Assembly: GCA_964556395.1 (NCBI GenBank)
Contig: CAZKVR010000001.1
Location: forward strand, 106,996-170,995
Length of the DNA stretch: 64,000 nucleotides
Origin: an uncultured Methanosarcinales archaeon
Lineage (GTDB): Archaea > Nanobdellota > Nanobdellia > Woesearchaeales > WJKR01
Reading direction: 5' to 3'
Shown: positions 1 through 9,641 of the stretch, piece after piece
How the letters are laid out: each line of letters starts with the position of its first letter
Position numbering within the stretch: position 1 is the first letter of the stretch
Position numbers and translations under genes: made by a program
The notes under the pieces: model-generated
Databases searched by the model: none
The model's input: only the letters and a program-made list of their open reading frames with translations
Told to the model about the DNA's origin: nothing

Positions 1-768
1 GGAGGCCTGGACGAGCAGGTCCAAGAGGTCAAGGAAGTCATCGAACTGCCTTTGAAGAAGCCCGACCTGTTCAGGAAGATCGGCATCAACCCGCCGAAAG
101 GCGTCTTGCTGCACGGGCCTCCGGGGACGGGCAAGACGTTATTGGCGAAGGCCGTGGCCGCGAGCACGAACTCCACGTTCATCGAGATCGTCGGCTCCGA
201 GCTGGTGCAGAAGTTCATCGGCGAAGGCGCGAAGCTGGTCAAGGACATCTTCAAGATGGCGAAGGAGAAGGCGCCCGCCATCATCTTCATCGACGAGCTG
301 GACGCGCTCGCCGCCAAGAGGGTGGACATGGGCACCTCCGGTGAAAGAGAGGTGCAGCGGACGTTCATGCAGTTCCTCGCCGAGATCGACGGGTTCAAGA
401 GCCTGTCTGATGTCAAGGTGATCGGGTGCACGAACCGCAAGGACATCCTCGACCCCGCCATCATCAGGCCTGGACGGCTGGACCGGCTCATCGAAGTGCC
501 GGCGCCGACCCGCGAGGGGTTGGAGCAGATCTTCGACATCCACACCCGCAACATGGAGCTCGCCAAGGACGTTGACCGTGACAAGCTGATGCGGCAGATG
601 GAGGGTTTCTCAGGCGCGGAGGTCAAGGCGGCCGTGACCGAGGCTGGTTATTTCGCCATCCGTAAGGACCGGACGAGGATCAACCAGAAGGACCTGTCCT
701 CGGCTATCGAGAAGGTGCGTCGCTCCGAGGAGGAGCACCCAGGCGAGTATTCCTCCATGTTCGGATAG
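1..768 (+). CDS. pan: Proteasome-activating nucleotidase (AAA+ ATPase), 5'-truncated by the window edge
   Basis: The reading frame is open from position 1 and translates [24 protein letters not shown] upstream of the first Met. Walker A is GPPGTGKT and Walker B is IIFIDELD. The protein is near-colinear with archaeal PAN. Confidence 0.95.
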   Translation, partial: GGLDEQVQEVKEVIELPLKKPDLFRKIGINPPKGVLLHGPPGTGKTLLAKAVAASTNSTFIEIVGSELVQKFIGEGAKLVKDIFKMAKEKAPAIIFIDELDALAAKRVDMGTSGEREVQRTFMQFLAEIDGFKSLSDVKVIGCTNRKDILDPAIIRPGRLDRLIEVPAPTREGLEQIFDIHTRNMELAKDVDRDKLMRQMEGFSGAEVKAAVTEAGYFAIRKDRTRINQKDLSSAIEKVRRSEEEHPGEYSSMFG

Positions 769-769
769 G

Positions 770-1606
770 TTATTTTTCCAGTTCTTCTTTCGCTTCCACG
801 TAGGCCTTGTCGATGGACTCCTTGATGGCGGTCTTGGCAGGCCTGACGAGGGGTTTCGCCAGTGGCTTGAGGCGTTTGATGTGCGGGTGTTTCTTGAGTT
901 CTTCCTCGAAGGATGGGAAGAAGTATCTCCGGTGCATGACTGAGACTGCTTGGACGAAGACCTGAGATTTCTTCGGGTCGTCGGGGTCGATGTAGTCAAG
1001 AGAACCGGTGGTTTGGACGATGATGACCTCATCGTACTTTTCAGGGTCTATGAGGTCGAGGGCTATCGGGTTGAGTAGCCCTCCGTCTGCGAGGAGGAGC
1101 TTGCCTTCTTTTTTGGGTTGGAAGATGAAGGGTATGGCGATGCTGGCTCCGACGGCGTCGGTGATGCGGTTGTGTTTTCTTATGGTCTTGTCGGTTCCTT
1201 TCTCTTTGAGGCCTTCCTTGCTGTAGACGTACTCCTTGCCTGTGAGGAGGTCAACGGCGTTTATGAGGAGTTCCGTTTCCGTGTCCTGGAAGGTCTTGTC
1301 CTTGATGTAGGTGGAGAGGATGTTGTGGATGCCTTTGCCTTTGATGAGGCCTGGTCCTGTGAGGGAGACGTCGTTGATGGAGAACGGTATGAATCGTCGT
1401 GATTCTATGAGGTCTATGGCTTGTCGGGCTTTGATGCCGGTGGCGAGGAGGCTTGCTGTTATCGATCCTACAGAGGTTCCGACGACTGTTTCTAGTTTCA
1501 GGTCTTGTTGTTCGAGGTGTTCTTCGATGGCTTTCAAAACTCCAATTTGTGCTAATCCTTTGAGTCCTCCTCCTGAGAACACGACGGCGGCTGTCTTCTT
1601 GGGCAT
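770..1606 (-). CDS. Patatin-like phospholipase
   Basis: The protein carries FSGGGLKG (oxyanion GGG), GTSVGS (GxSxG serine) and ADGGLLNP (DGG aspartate) motifs. Confidence 0.85.
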   Translation of the reverse strand: MPKKTAAVVFSGGGLKGLAQIGVLKAIEEHLEQQDLKLETVVGTSVGSITASLLATGIKARQAIDLIESRRFIPFSINDVSLTGPGLIKGKGIHNILSTYIKDKTFQDTETELLINAVDLLTGKEYVYSKEGLKEKGTDKTIRKHNRITDAVGASIAIPFIFQPKKEGKLLLADGGLLNPIALDLIDPEKYDEVIIVQTTGSLDYIDPDDPKKSQVFVQAVSVMHRRYFFPSFEEELKKHPHIKRLKPLAKPLVRPAKTAIKESIDKAYVEAKEELEK

Positions 1607-1754
1607 TGTTTCTGAGTGGTAGAAGAGGTTTTTAAGGGTTTGGGAGAGGGAGTCCCTCGATAGTTACTCCAATCATCATTTGGTGTCAGTTGGTGTTCAC
1701 TATCTCATTGGGAGATGGGTGGTAAGCGGTCAGGGTTTATAGGAGTATTTATTA

Positions 1755-1778
1755 ACTATATAGAAAATAAATTGTGTT
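1755..1778 (-). promoter_or_regulatory. Conserved promoter-like motif, copy A (CTATATAGAAAATAAATTGTGTT on the plus strand)
   Basis: The motif is near-identical to copies at 37959-37980 and 35202-35222. All three lie 40-140 nt upstream of minus-strand starts. Confidence 0.5.
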
Positions 1779-1808
1779 AAAAAAAAAGGGTTCAAAAAAG
1801 AACCCTTT
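1779..1808 (-). terminator. Intrinsic-type terminator (hairpin AAGGGTTC/GAACCCTT followed by a T-run on the minus strand)
   Basis: An 8-bp stem with a 6-nt loop is followed by about 9 T on the minus strand, directly 3' of gene 1897..2412. Confidence 0.6.
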
Positions 1809-1896
1809 GATGAGAAAAAGACTAAGAGCCTAAGCTGTCACGAAGCTCCTCGACCCAGCGTTTTCGCGCCTCGCAATCCTGAACTTCCGCGCGCCA

Positions 1897-2412
1897 CTAT
1901 TCCCGATGATACTCTATCTTTCTCGCCAGGTCATCCAACTCCATATAAAGAGCCCTCTCAGCAGATAATTTCTCAGGCTTGCTCTTCTCAAGACTTGCGA
2001 AATCACAATTTCCGATGGACTCTTTAAGCTGACGTATCATGTATTCTTTTACACCAACATGCTGTGGTGTGGGAGGAACCCAATCCTCGACTTTACCAAG
2101 CATGTCTTCATACTTCTTCTTGAGAACGCGCATCTCCTTCTCGCGACGTTCATAGTATTCGACCGCGTCATGATACGCCTTGTCATACTTCTCACCGCAA
2201 ACCCGTAACGCCTCCGCTACAGAGAGTCGAGAGAGTTCATCATATTCCTCTTTGGCCTCCTCCAAGCATTTCTCATGATGATCGGAAGGCACAAAGGATT
2301 GTTCGGAATCGAAAGATATGCCTCCCGTAAAAGGAGCGGCAATAGGAGCGCACCTCTTGACAAAATCCTCGAAAGACATTTCAGCAATTACAGAATCTAG
2401 ATTTGATGACAT
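1897..2412 (-). CDS. Hypothetical small acidic cytoplasmic protein
   Basis: The ORF appears monocistronic, with its own upstream AACACA/T-rich element and a downstream hairpin. Confidence 0.5.
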   Translation of the reverse strand: MSSNLDSVIAEMSFEDFVKRCAPIAAPFTGGISFDSEQSFVPSDHHEKCLEEAKEEYDELSRLSVAEALRVCGEKYDKAYHDAVEYYERREKEMRVLKKKYEDMLGKVEDWVPPTPQHVGVKEYMIRQLKESIGNCDFASLEKSKPEKLSAERALYMELDDLARKIEYHRE

Positions 2413-2459
2413 AATAAAAAAGTTTTGAGATTAAAAAAAAAATGTGTTAAAAGAAAAAA

Positions 2460-2478
2460 GCGCTCGCAAGAGGAGCGC
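2460..2478 (-). terminator. Hairpin GCGCTC-GCAAGAG-GAGCGC plus T-run (minus strand), 3' of gene 2485..3078
   Basis: A perfect 6-bp inverted repeat is followed by TTTTTTCTTTT on the minus strand. Confidence 0.5.
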
Positions 2479-2484
2479 GTTATT

Positions 2485-3078
2485 TCAGTCGCAGAAAGCG
2501 GCCGGGTCACCGTTCCGCAGGGCTTCCTCCCATGATTCCTGGCTGCTATGCACGTCTTCCCTATGGGATCTCATATCTTTCACCATCCGCTCTTGCCGCC
2601 GTTGGAAGGAATCGTATTCCTCTGCAGCCTCCTCGTATAATTCGCGGAATTTCCCTTCGTAGAAAGCCATGATTCCCTGATTCCTGGGATCCCTCTGGTG
2701 GTGGACGCTTTCTTCGATGAGGGCTTGTTCGACATGAGAGTTTATCATACGGGCTTGGTTCGCCCACTCCTCACCGTCAGCTCCTGCGCAGAGGTTGCTC
2801 TGAAGAGGCGGCCTCGTCCAGCAAAGCCTGAAGAGTTCCGCTTCACGACGGCCCTGCAAGCAGCACGCCGCCAAGACAAGGTAGTAGAGGATCGTCGAGA
2901 TATGAGGGTGTTCAAAACCACACCATACAGGGCCTCTCATCTCCCACGTCTTGTCGAAGATGTCCTTGATGGCGGTTTCGGACTCGGAGACATACCCTGC
3001 CAGCTGTTTCGCATAGTCATGCTCGCAGAACTGATCCAGGGGAATCTCAGTGACTAAAATATTATTATCATGTGCCAT
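2485..3078 (-). CDS. Hypothetical protein
   Basis: The ORF has no recognisable motifs. The start matches MAHDNN and lies downstream of a TATA-like TTTTCTATAATATTTTTT. Confidence 0.5.
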   Translation of the reverse strand: MAHDNNILVTEIPLDQFCEHDYAKQLAGYVSESETAIKDIFDKTWEMRGPVWCGFEHPHISTILYYLVLAACCLQGRREAELFRLCWTRPPLQSNLCAGADGEEWANQARMINSHVEQALIEESVHHQRDPRNQGIMAFYEGKFRELYEEAAEEYDSFQRRQERMVKDMRSHREDVHSSQESWEEALRNGDPAAFCD

Positions 3079-3162
3079 AAGCTATTTTTTAAGTGTTAAA
3101 AAATATTATAGAAAAGAAGCGCTCGCAAACAGGAGCACCTCTAGAAAAATAAGAGGACCTTA

Positions 3163-3699
3163 TCAGAGCTTCACCAGCAGCCGTTTCCCTTTGGCGAAAG
3201 GGATGGAGTGTATGTCCTCATGCTTCTCCTCACCTTCCAAGTAGGAGTAGGCCAACTCAACCTTCTCAGGGTCTATCCAGAAGAATGATTCAGTCCGTGT
3301 CTTCTGGTAGTTGTCAGGGTGCAAGACAAGCAGGCCACCATCTGCTCTTTCATCTGACTCTCCGAAGAAATAGAATCCAAAATCAAAGTGAGCGAGCACC
3401 AACGAGCAGAAAGGCAACCTAAAACCTCCAGCAGGATTGGTTTTTAGGATATCCTCCACTACAGGCATGCAAGGCGTATCCTCTGACAACCGGGTGGAGC
3501 CGCTCTCGCCGGAATCGAAAGGATCCGTAATCGCCATATCATACAATCGAGTCTTCTTATAAGGCCCATAATAGTCATAGCCCACGCACTCGGCGCGGTA
3601 GGACTCATAAAATCCTTCGTCGCGCTCGACGATGATTATCAGCTCTCTCCCTTCATGGAAGAGATCCTTCAATTGCTGTGCTTTTATCGATATAACCAT
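3163..3699 (-). CDS. Hypothetical protein
   Basis: The ORF is preceded on the minus strand by AACACATTTTTTTAAC about 33 nt upstream of the ATG. Confidence 0.5.
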   Translation of the reverse strand: MVISIKAQQLKDLFHEGRELIIIVERDEGFYESYRAECVGYDYYGPYKKTRLYDMAITDPFDSGESGSTRLSEDTPCMPVVEDILKTNPAGGFRLPFCSLVLAHFDFGFYFFGESDERADGGLLVLHPDNYQKTRTESFFWIDPEKVELAYSYLEGEEKHEDIHSIPFAKGKRLLVKL

Positions 3700-3746
3700 A
3701 ATTAATGAAATTTAAAGTTAAAAAAATGTGTTCTCACGAAGACAAG

Positions 3747-3769
3747 AAACGCTCATAAATGGAGCGTTT
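3747..3769 (-). terminator. Hairpin AAACGCTC-ATAAATG-GAGCGTTT
   Basis: An 8-bp perfect stem sits in the intergenic region 3' of gene 3873..4274. Confidence 0.4.
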
Positions 3770-3872
3770 CGTCAGGGTTTATCCCTTCCTTTTCGGGAAG
3801 AGTTTGTTTACGACGTGGTCCCGGAGCTGTATGTTTCTCGCGCTTGCCAGGTCGTTGGGGGCTTCGAGTTCT

Positions 3873-4274
3873 TTAGCCGGTGTCTCCTTCCTCCGAGTTC
3901 TCTTCCCGTAGTGCAGAGACGTACGTCCAGTACTCTTCGAGCGTCAGTTCATGGAGCAGCGCTTTCTCGAAGTAGCAGGCGCAGGCGTTCAGGTCTCCGA
4001 AGAACGACCTGAACACGGGCTCTTCAAAGCAGGCCTCATAATAGGCTAACCCTAAGTTTGGGCCGTAGTACATGGTCTCGCCATGGTCTGACACGGCCTT
4101 GTGCGCGAACGTTATCTTCCATTGCTCGGAAGCGTTACAGAAGATGCTGAGTTGTTCTCGCAAATCATCCTTTGTCCGGCAGTCGTGCGCGAACAAGGTC
4201 GAGAAGCAGGTGAAGAGGTGCCGGTCCTTCATCTCAGACAGGCACTGCGCTTGTGTCAATGAGTGATGTTGCAT
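3873..4274 (-). CDS. Hypothetical protein
   Basis: ORF only. Confidence 0.45.
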   Translation of the reverse strand: MQHHSLTQAQCLSEMKDRHLFTCFSTLFAHDCRTKDDLREQLSIFCNASEQWKITFAHKAVSDHGETMYYGPNLGLAYYEACFEEPVFRSFFGDLNACACYFEKALLHELTLEEYWTYVSALREENSEEGDTG

Positions 4275-4633
4275 AAAAAAAGATGGTGTTTTAAGGTTTT
4301 CAGAAAGCTTTTGACAAGTTCATGTATGTCATCCATTATTGAATTTTAAGGATAAGTATTGTCAATACCGCCGCCATCCCTGCGAGGTAGAGGAGCGGAA
4401 AGTGTTCCAGCCACAATTCCTGGAATGGTTCTGACTTCTTCAGGATTATCTGGATGTATCGTTTCATAATAAGAACATTTTTAGGGATTCATGAAAGAAT
4501 CCTGATAATTTGGGAATCTGATTTATCGGAGGAGAGGCGCCGCGTCCGCAGCGCTTCCCTTGAGAGTTGGTTCGGTCTTCACGTCTCTGTACAAGACTCG
4601 TTTTTTAGTTGTTTCACAATTTTTTTCAGATAT

Positions 4634-4885
4634 CTACGCGTGTGAACGTTCTACCGCGTGTTCTTGCTGAGGAACCAATTCTTTCCTGATACGCCGCAGC
4701 GCTTCCTTCTTGGTATCGATGGGGATTCCTTTGTCCTTGAGCAGACCTGCAACGGCGATTAGCTTGATGGTCACGCTTCCCGGACCCGCCATCTTCTCTT
4801 CCACTTCATCAGTGAGGCGGATGTCTTTTCCGGTTACGTCTTTTATGGTCTCTTCGATGTGTCGGGAGAAGTTTTTTTCTTTCAT
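4634..4885 (-). CDS. Small hypothetical protein (83 aa)
   Basis: ORF only. No confident family assignment. Confidence 0.4.
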   Translation of the reverse strand: MKEKNFSRHIEETIKDVTGKDIRLTDEVEEKMAGPGSVTIKLIAVAGLLKDKGIPIDTKKEALRRIRKELVPQQEHAVERSHA

Positions 4886-4980
4886 AATAATATTATTTTT
4901 TATGGTTAGAAGTGAAGAGGAAAAAGGGTTCCGATGAACCTTTTTCCTCTCTTAAGTTTTTATGATCTCTGCGCCTCCTG

Positions 4981-5655
4981 TTACCGATGATTTCTCCTGT
5001 TATCGATGATTTCGAAAGCCTGCAGGACACCTTTTTCGCACAACATGATGTTCTGACCCCAAGGACCCTTGCAGATATAGTGTTGTTCTTCATCCCGCTC
5101 GTTGGTTCCGATGAGGTATATCCTCGGCAGCCTTTCGAATAACGTGTCCTGGATGTCTTTATATGCCTTCAAGGACTCCTCATCACCTCTTGATAGGAGG
5201 TGTCTTATCATCTCGAGGCCGGCACTGACGGCATCGTCTATCCTGATGAAGATGTATCTGACGTCATCCATGTTCGTGGTGTATTCCTCGAAAACCCGTA
5301 ACGCTTGTTTTCCACCTCCTCTGAGGATGATTACGATGGGTTCCGTCCTGTCAGTGCCTTCTACAGGAAAATGGTTTTCGGCGTCCATCACTTTAAGTGA
5401 TAGTCTGAGTGCGTCCTCCGCGTTCATACTCCTGAAACACTTGTCAAGCTTTCCTTTCCGTAGCTTCTGCTTCTGCCTCCACGTGAGGGGAATATCCGAA
5501 ACGTCAGGAGTTAAAAGAACCTTGTCCAAGCATGGGGACACAGCATCGAGTCGCTTTTTAGTCTTGACGATTCTGACTGAGCCTGTGCGGCCCCTTCCAC
5601 GGTCGACGTGCCAGTCCGGCCGCTTATTCTTGTGGAAAAACATTTTTTTGCTCAT
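4981..5655 (-). CDS. Hypothetical protein with a Rossmann-like core (IVIILRGGGK...IDD), possibly SLOG/LOG-like
   Basis: A Gly-rich loop follows a hydrophobic beta-strand. The family assignment is tentative. Confidence 0.4.
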   Translation of the reverse strand: MSKKMFFHKNKRPDWHVDRGRGRTGSVRIVKTKKRLDAVSPCLDKVLLTPDVSDIPLTWRQKQKLRKGKLDKCFRSMNAEDALRLSLKVMDAENHFPVEGTDRTEPIVIILRGGGKQALRVFEEYTTNMDDVRYIFIRIDDAVSAGLEMIRHLLSRGDEESLKAYKDIQDTLFERLPRIYLIGTNERDEEQHYICKGPWGQNIMLCEKGVLQAFEIIDNRRNHR

Positions 5656-5836
5656 TCCTTAACGGTTTTTTATTTTTTGATTAATACTGAAATTTTTCGT
5701 GATATCTCAAGGACTCAACATCCTTGATGAGACGAGTTCCTACGATGTCTTGCAAAATACTTAGCAGCCAACCCTCGAGGGTCGCCGGTACGATGCCTTT
5801 GGGCAAGCGTTCGTTTCTCAGACATAACACATCGTC

Positions 5837-6133
5837 TCATAACGACCTTCGATATTCCTCCTCGAAGGCTTTGACCGCCTCTAAAGAGTCGGTGAACTCA
5901 TGGTCTCCATTACAGCTTCCGACGACGAACTCTTCAGGACCATTTATGGTGAGTGAGAGTTCGACATCGCCGTACTCGTTGTGGACACCGACCATCAAGG
6001 GATAGTCTTCTCTCTCTGGTTGCCCGTTGCTCCAGACGACCCTATGGTCCTTTTCCAGTTCTTCTAAGAACTGGATGATAGTGTTGACCGCGACCAGTGA
6101 TCGGTATAGCTTTTCATCAGTGTTATCATTCAT
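5837..6133 (-). CDS. Hypothetical protein (start adjusted to MNDNTDEKLY)
   Basis: ORF only. The internal Met gives a compact, soluble-looking protein. Confidence 0.4.
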   Translation of the reverse strand: MNDNTDEKLYRSLVAVNTIIQFLEELEKDHRVVWSNGQPEREDYPLMVGVHNEYGDVELSLTINGPEEFVVGSCNGDHEFTDSLEAVKAFEEEYRRSL

Positions 6134-6218
6134 ATCGATTTGTTTTTTTGTTTGAAAAAAAAGTGCAGGCGCTTTCCCCCAATATCCTCTGAAAAACGCC
6201 AAGAGAAGGCTCCCCACC

Positions 6219-7223
6219 CTAGAAGAGCATCGTCCCTAGGATGAAGAGGCACCACACGACGGCTGCGTAGAAGACTAACAGCGTAGCCAGTGGCGTGAAC
6301 AACACGTGCTTGTCAGGCTTGACGAAAGGGTATTGCGAGTATCGCCTCCTTTCCAAGGGCCTCAAGGTCTTGACGACCATCATGCCTCCGATGACGAGGG
6401 GTAGCAAGGACATCGAGAAGAGCATGTCATCACCGGCGCGGTAGAAAAGCATCCCTGCGGTGGAGACCGCTGTCAAGAACATCGTGAGAAGAACAACAAC
6501 CCATAAGGGAAGCCTCCTGAAAAGCACTGTTCGGATGCTGTTTGAACGCCCGAAAGAGTGTTCCCAACAGTTCGTCCTCCAGAGGAGGAAATCCTTAGCT
6601 ATCGTCTCCAGGACCTCATAGAGGTCTTCAGCGCTTTCGGTCGTGAAAGCCCAGTCACCTTCGACCTTCCCGTTGGCGTATCTCTGTATCGGGAATCGTG
6701 AGGGGGCCTTGTAACGCATGGAGAAGACTCCTTGCGAGTAATGCATCAGGATATTGAATCCTTGTATAGTCGAGATTGAGAACCAGTGTCCTGTCTGCTT
6801 CGGGACTGCCTTGTGAACCCCTCCTGCGAGTTTGAAACCTCCTTTAATCTTAAGCATGTCTTTGGCTCTTTCCGGAAGGTTGTATATCTCTAGGAATTGT
6901 CGGAAGAACACCGTTATCTTTTCAGGATTCTCCGAAGAGTACATTTTCTCGTCATCCTCGACGCCTTCCGCGCGGAGGAACGATTCCAATGGGAATGTGT
7001 CAGGCCACTTTTCGAAGAATACGTGGTACTCGCCGTAATCATACCCTGCTATAAGGGAGAATCCTCCTTCCAACATTATCCGGCGCCACTTGCGCTTGCT
7101 CCTGTCAAAGGGATTTGGGACTTTTTCTATCCCTATAATGGATATCCTTCCTTCCAAACCGTCGTTGATGGCTTGTTTGATGGTCTGATTTCTGGTTTTT
7201 TCTCTTTCTTCTTTCTTTGTCAT
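6219..7223 (-). CDS. Hypothetical membrane protein (C-terminal TM helices)
   Basis: Hydrophobic C-terminal segments are present. An AT-rich TATA-like sequence lies upstream. Confidence 0.5.
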   Translation of the reverse strand: MTKKEEREKTRNQTIKQAINDGLEGRISIIGIEKVPNPFDRSKRKWRRIMLEGGFSLIAGYDYGEYHVFFEKWPDTFPLESFLRAEGVEDDEKMYSSENPEKITVFFRQFLEIYNLPERAKDMLKIKGGFKLAGGVHKAVPKQTGHWFSISTIQGFNILMHYSQGVFSMRYKAPSRFPIQRYANGKVEGDWAFTTESAEDLYEVLETIAKDFLLWRTNCWEHSFGRSNSIRTVLFRRLPLWVVVLLTMFLTAVSTAGMLFYRAGDDMLFSMSLLPLVIGGMMVVKTLRPLERRRYSQYPFVKPDKHVLFTPLATLLVFYAAVVWCLFILGTMLF

Positions 7224-7240
7224 AATAAATTTTTTATTGT

Positions 7241-7990
7241 TTATGTATTAATGAGACTCTTTCGTCTACGGATGAGGATGAAGAAATATTTCAGGGCTTC
7301 TCTCCAATCCTCGTAGTGCATCCACGACTCTTCACTTTCGTCTGGGCCCTTGTCTTTCTCATCGTAGATGGAACAGATCTCATCGTGGATGGAGCAGTAG
7401 TGCGGGTGCATCCTGAACGTGGTCTCGTAGCGTCTTTCATCATAGATGTAGGCTTTCTGCGCCTTCAACAACACCATATTCAGAGGGTCTGCCACGGTCA
7501 TTCTCGTGTTCTCGTCAGCTAATTGCGCCAGAATCCTCGACCCACTCCTTATCTCTGGCGGGATGTGATGGTATGCGATCTCCACGTCCGTCCATGTGTA
7601 AGGCTTGTACAAGTATGGGTAGTAGAGATTGAACCCGTACTTGCGGACTGAACACCCAACCCGATGGGTGAAGCTCCTCAAGGCTTTGCGCGGATCCTTG
7701 AAGCTTTCTTTGAAGGGGAGTCCGATGCTCGAATCTTTGTCCGTAGCAGAACAAACCTCTATAGAGCTCTCGAACATGGTCAAGGAAGCCACCCTATGCG
7801 GGATTCCGCTGCAGGCGGAGTGGAGTGCCGCCCTGAGCAGCACACCCCACTTTCCAGTTCCTTTCCATTTCTTCAGCCATTCTGGCTGGACTTCATCCAT
7901 GTAGGACCAGACGTTGATACGCGGATCGTCCATGAGTGCTGCTCTGAAGAGCAACACGTCCTTGTCTTTGAATCTTTTTCTTTTGAACAT
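7241..7990 (-). CDS. Hypothetical protein (start at MFKRKRF)
   Basis: ORF only. Confidence 0.45.
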   Translation of the reverse strand: MFKRKRFKDKDVLLFRAALMDDPRINVWSYMDEVQPEWLKKWKGTGKWGVLLRAALHSACSGIPHRVASLTMFESSIEVCSATDKDSSIGLPFKESFKDPRKALRSFTHRVGCSVRKYGFNLYYPYLYKPYTWTDVEIAYHHIPPEIRSGSRILAQLADENTRMTVADPLNMVLLKAQKAYIYDERRYETTFRMHPHYCSIHDEICSIYDEKDKGPDESEESWMHYEDWREALKYFFILIRRRKSLINT

Positions 7991-8009
7991 AATAATAATT
8001 TTATTGTTT

Positions 8010-8804
8010 TTATACTGAGATTTTCCCTTTGATATGAGGATGGGGGTCATACCCTTCCAGTTGGAAATCCTCATAATCGAATGAGAAAATATCTTTCTTC
8101 TCAGGGTTTATCCTCATCGTCGGCAGGGGCCTAGGCTCTCGTGAGAGCTGCAGTTCCACCTGCTTGAGATGGTTGAGGTAGATGTGGTAGTCTCCGAAGG
8201 TGTGTATGAACTCTCCAGCTTCCAGTCCGGTCACCTGTGCCATCATCATCGTCAGCAACGCGTAGCTCGCGATGTTGAAAGGGACCCCTAAAAAGAGGTC
8301 GGCGCTTCGCTGGTACAATTGACAGCTCAGCTTTCCTTCGTTGACGTAGAACTGGAACAAGACGTGGCAGGGAGGCAATCCCATCTTGTCGATGTCCGCG
8401 ACGTTCCACGCCGAGACGATGTGCCTCCTGCTCTTAGGATTATTCTTGATGGAATCTACCACTTCTGCTATCTGGTCTATGTGGCCGCCGTCCGGTTTCA
8501 GCCAGCTGCGCCACTGGTAGCCGTACACAGGTCCTAGGTTTCCGTCTTCGTCGGCCCACTCGTTCCAGATACTGACCCCTCTTTCCTGGAGCCATTTGAC
8601 GTTGCGACTCCCTTTGAGGAACCAGAGCAACTCGTAGATGATGCTCTTCAGGTGTATCTTTTTCGTCGTCACCAATGGGAAACCTTCGCTTAGGTCGAAG
8701 CGTTTCTGAGATCCGAATTTGGAGATGGTCCCGGTTCCGGTACGGTCTTCCTTGAATTTGTTTTCATCAAGGACTTCTTGTAATAGTTCTAGATATTGTC
8801 TCAT
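8010..8804 (-). CDS. thyA: Thymidylate synthase ThyA (bacterial-type)
   Basis: The sequence aligns along its whole length with E. coli ThyA. Conserved blocks include DRTGTGT, LPPCH with the catalytic Cys, and QLYQRSAD. Confidence 0.97.
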   Translation of the reverse strand: MRQYLELLQEVLDENKFKEDRTGTGTISKFGSQKRFDLSEGFPLVTTKKIHLKSIIYELLWFLKGSRNVKWLQERGVSIWNEWADEDGNLGPVYGYQWRSWLKPDGGHIDQIAEVVDSIKNNPKSRRHIVSAWNVADIDKMGLPPCHVLFQFYVNEGKLSCQLYQRSADLFLGVPFNIASYALLTMMMAQVTGLEAGEFIHTFGDYHIYLNHLKQVELQLSREPRPLPTMRINPEKKDIFSFDYEDFQLEGYDPHPHIKGKISV

Positions 8805-8842
8805 GGTAGTCTTATTTTTTTTCTACAACAGTTTTCAATCCC

Positions 8843-9091
8843 TCAGGACAATCCTAAGATGATCAGGAAGAGTAACAGCAGTACCGCTATTAAGAGCAAT
8901 CTCTTCGGTGCGAAAAGCCAAGCCAAGACTTGGATGAAGGAAGCTATGATGTACGCACCTACTAGGAGGATGAATTTTCCGAATGCGAGTAATATCATCA
9001 GGAAAAGTATTCCTATGATGATGTAAGGCACTATATGCTCCATAGTATCTATTTTTATGGTTATGAAAAAAAAAGAAGAAGGAACGGCCAA
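8843..9091 (-). CDS. Small membrane protein
   Basis: Two or three hydrophobic helices are present. Confidence 0.4.
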   Translation of the reverse strand: MAVPSSFFFITIKIDTMEHIVPYIIIGILFLMILLAFGKFILLVGAYIIASFIQVLAWLFAPKRLLLIAVLLLLFLIILGLS

Positions 9092-9106
9092 CGGCCGTCC
9101 TTGCTC

Positions 9107-9628
9107 TCAGAATATGTCCGGGAAGCCGAGGCGATGGCTCTTGAAGCTCTTGAGAGTCTTCTCGAACCGGTGCCGGTCCTCTCGGGTATCCTCGTAAGGT
9201 TCCCTGAGGATGTCCTTCGAGGATTCCATCTTTTCAAGGAACCTTTCGGCCTCCCTGGAAAGTTCGTTCCGTTGTATTCGGAACTCACCTCGGGTCATGC
9301 CGTCCAGTTCCCTCGCGAAGCGCGTGGCTTCCTGTCCTAGCGACTGGTACGCAGCCTGGATGTCGTAGAATCGTCTTATCCTGACAGGATTCTCGTTGTT
9401 CCAGGGGGAGTAGTGTTCGCAGACGTGCTGCTCGTACTCCAAAGCAACAGTCCGGTAGTGGCTGAAGGCGGCATGAGCGTCTTTCACGACTCGTTCCGTC
9501 TTCTCAGTCATCATCGCCCGTTTCTCCTCGCTCAATGGCAATCGTGGAAAGACCAATATGAGAGTGGAGATGAATACGACAATCGCGACAATCACGACGC
9601 CAAGTATTATTGAAGTTGTTCTCTTCAT
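9107..9628 (-). CDS. Membrane-anchored coiled-coil protein
   Basis: An N-terminal TM helix is followed by a charged helical region. Confidence 0.5.
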   Translation of the reverse strand: MKRTTSIILGVVIVAIVVFISTLILVFPRLPLSEEKRAMMTEKTERVVKDAHAAFSHYRTVALEYEQHVCEHYSPWNNENPVRIRRFYDIQAAYQSLGQEATRFARELDGMTRGEFRIQRNELSREAERFLEKMESSKDILREPYEDTREDRHRFEKTLKSFKSHRLGFPDIF

Positions 9629-9641
9629 AAGGATATTGTTT

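Noticed and set aside
4342-4473. Possible 43-aa minus-strand ORF (MKRYIQIILKKSEPFQELWLEHFPLLYLAGMAAVLTILILKIQ) in the 4275-4633 spacer
   Set aside because: It is too short to support without conservation or expression data, so it is not listed as a feature.
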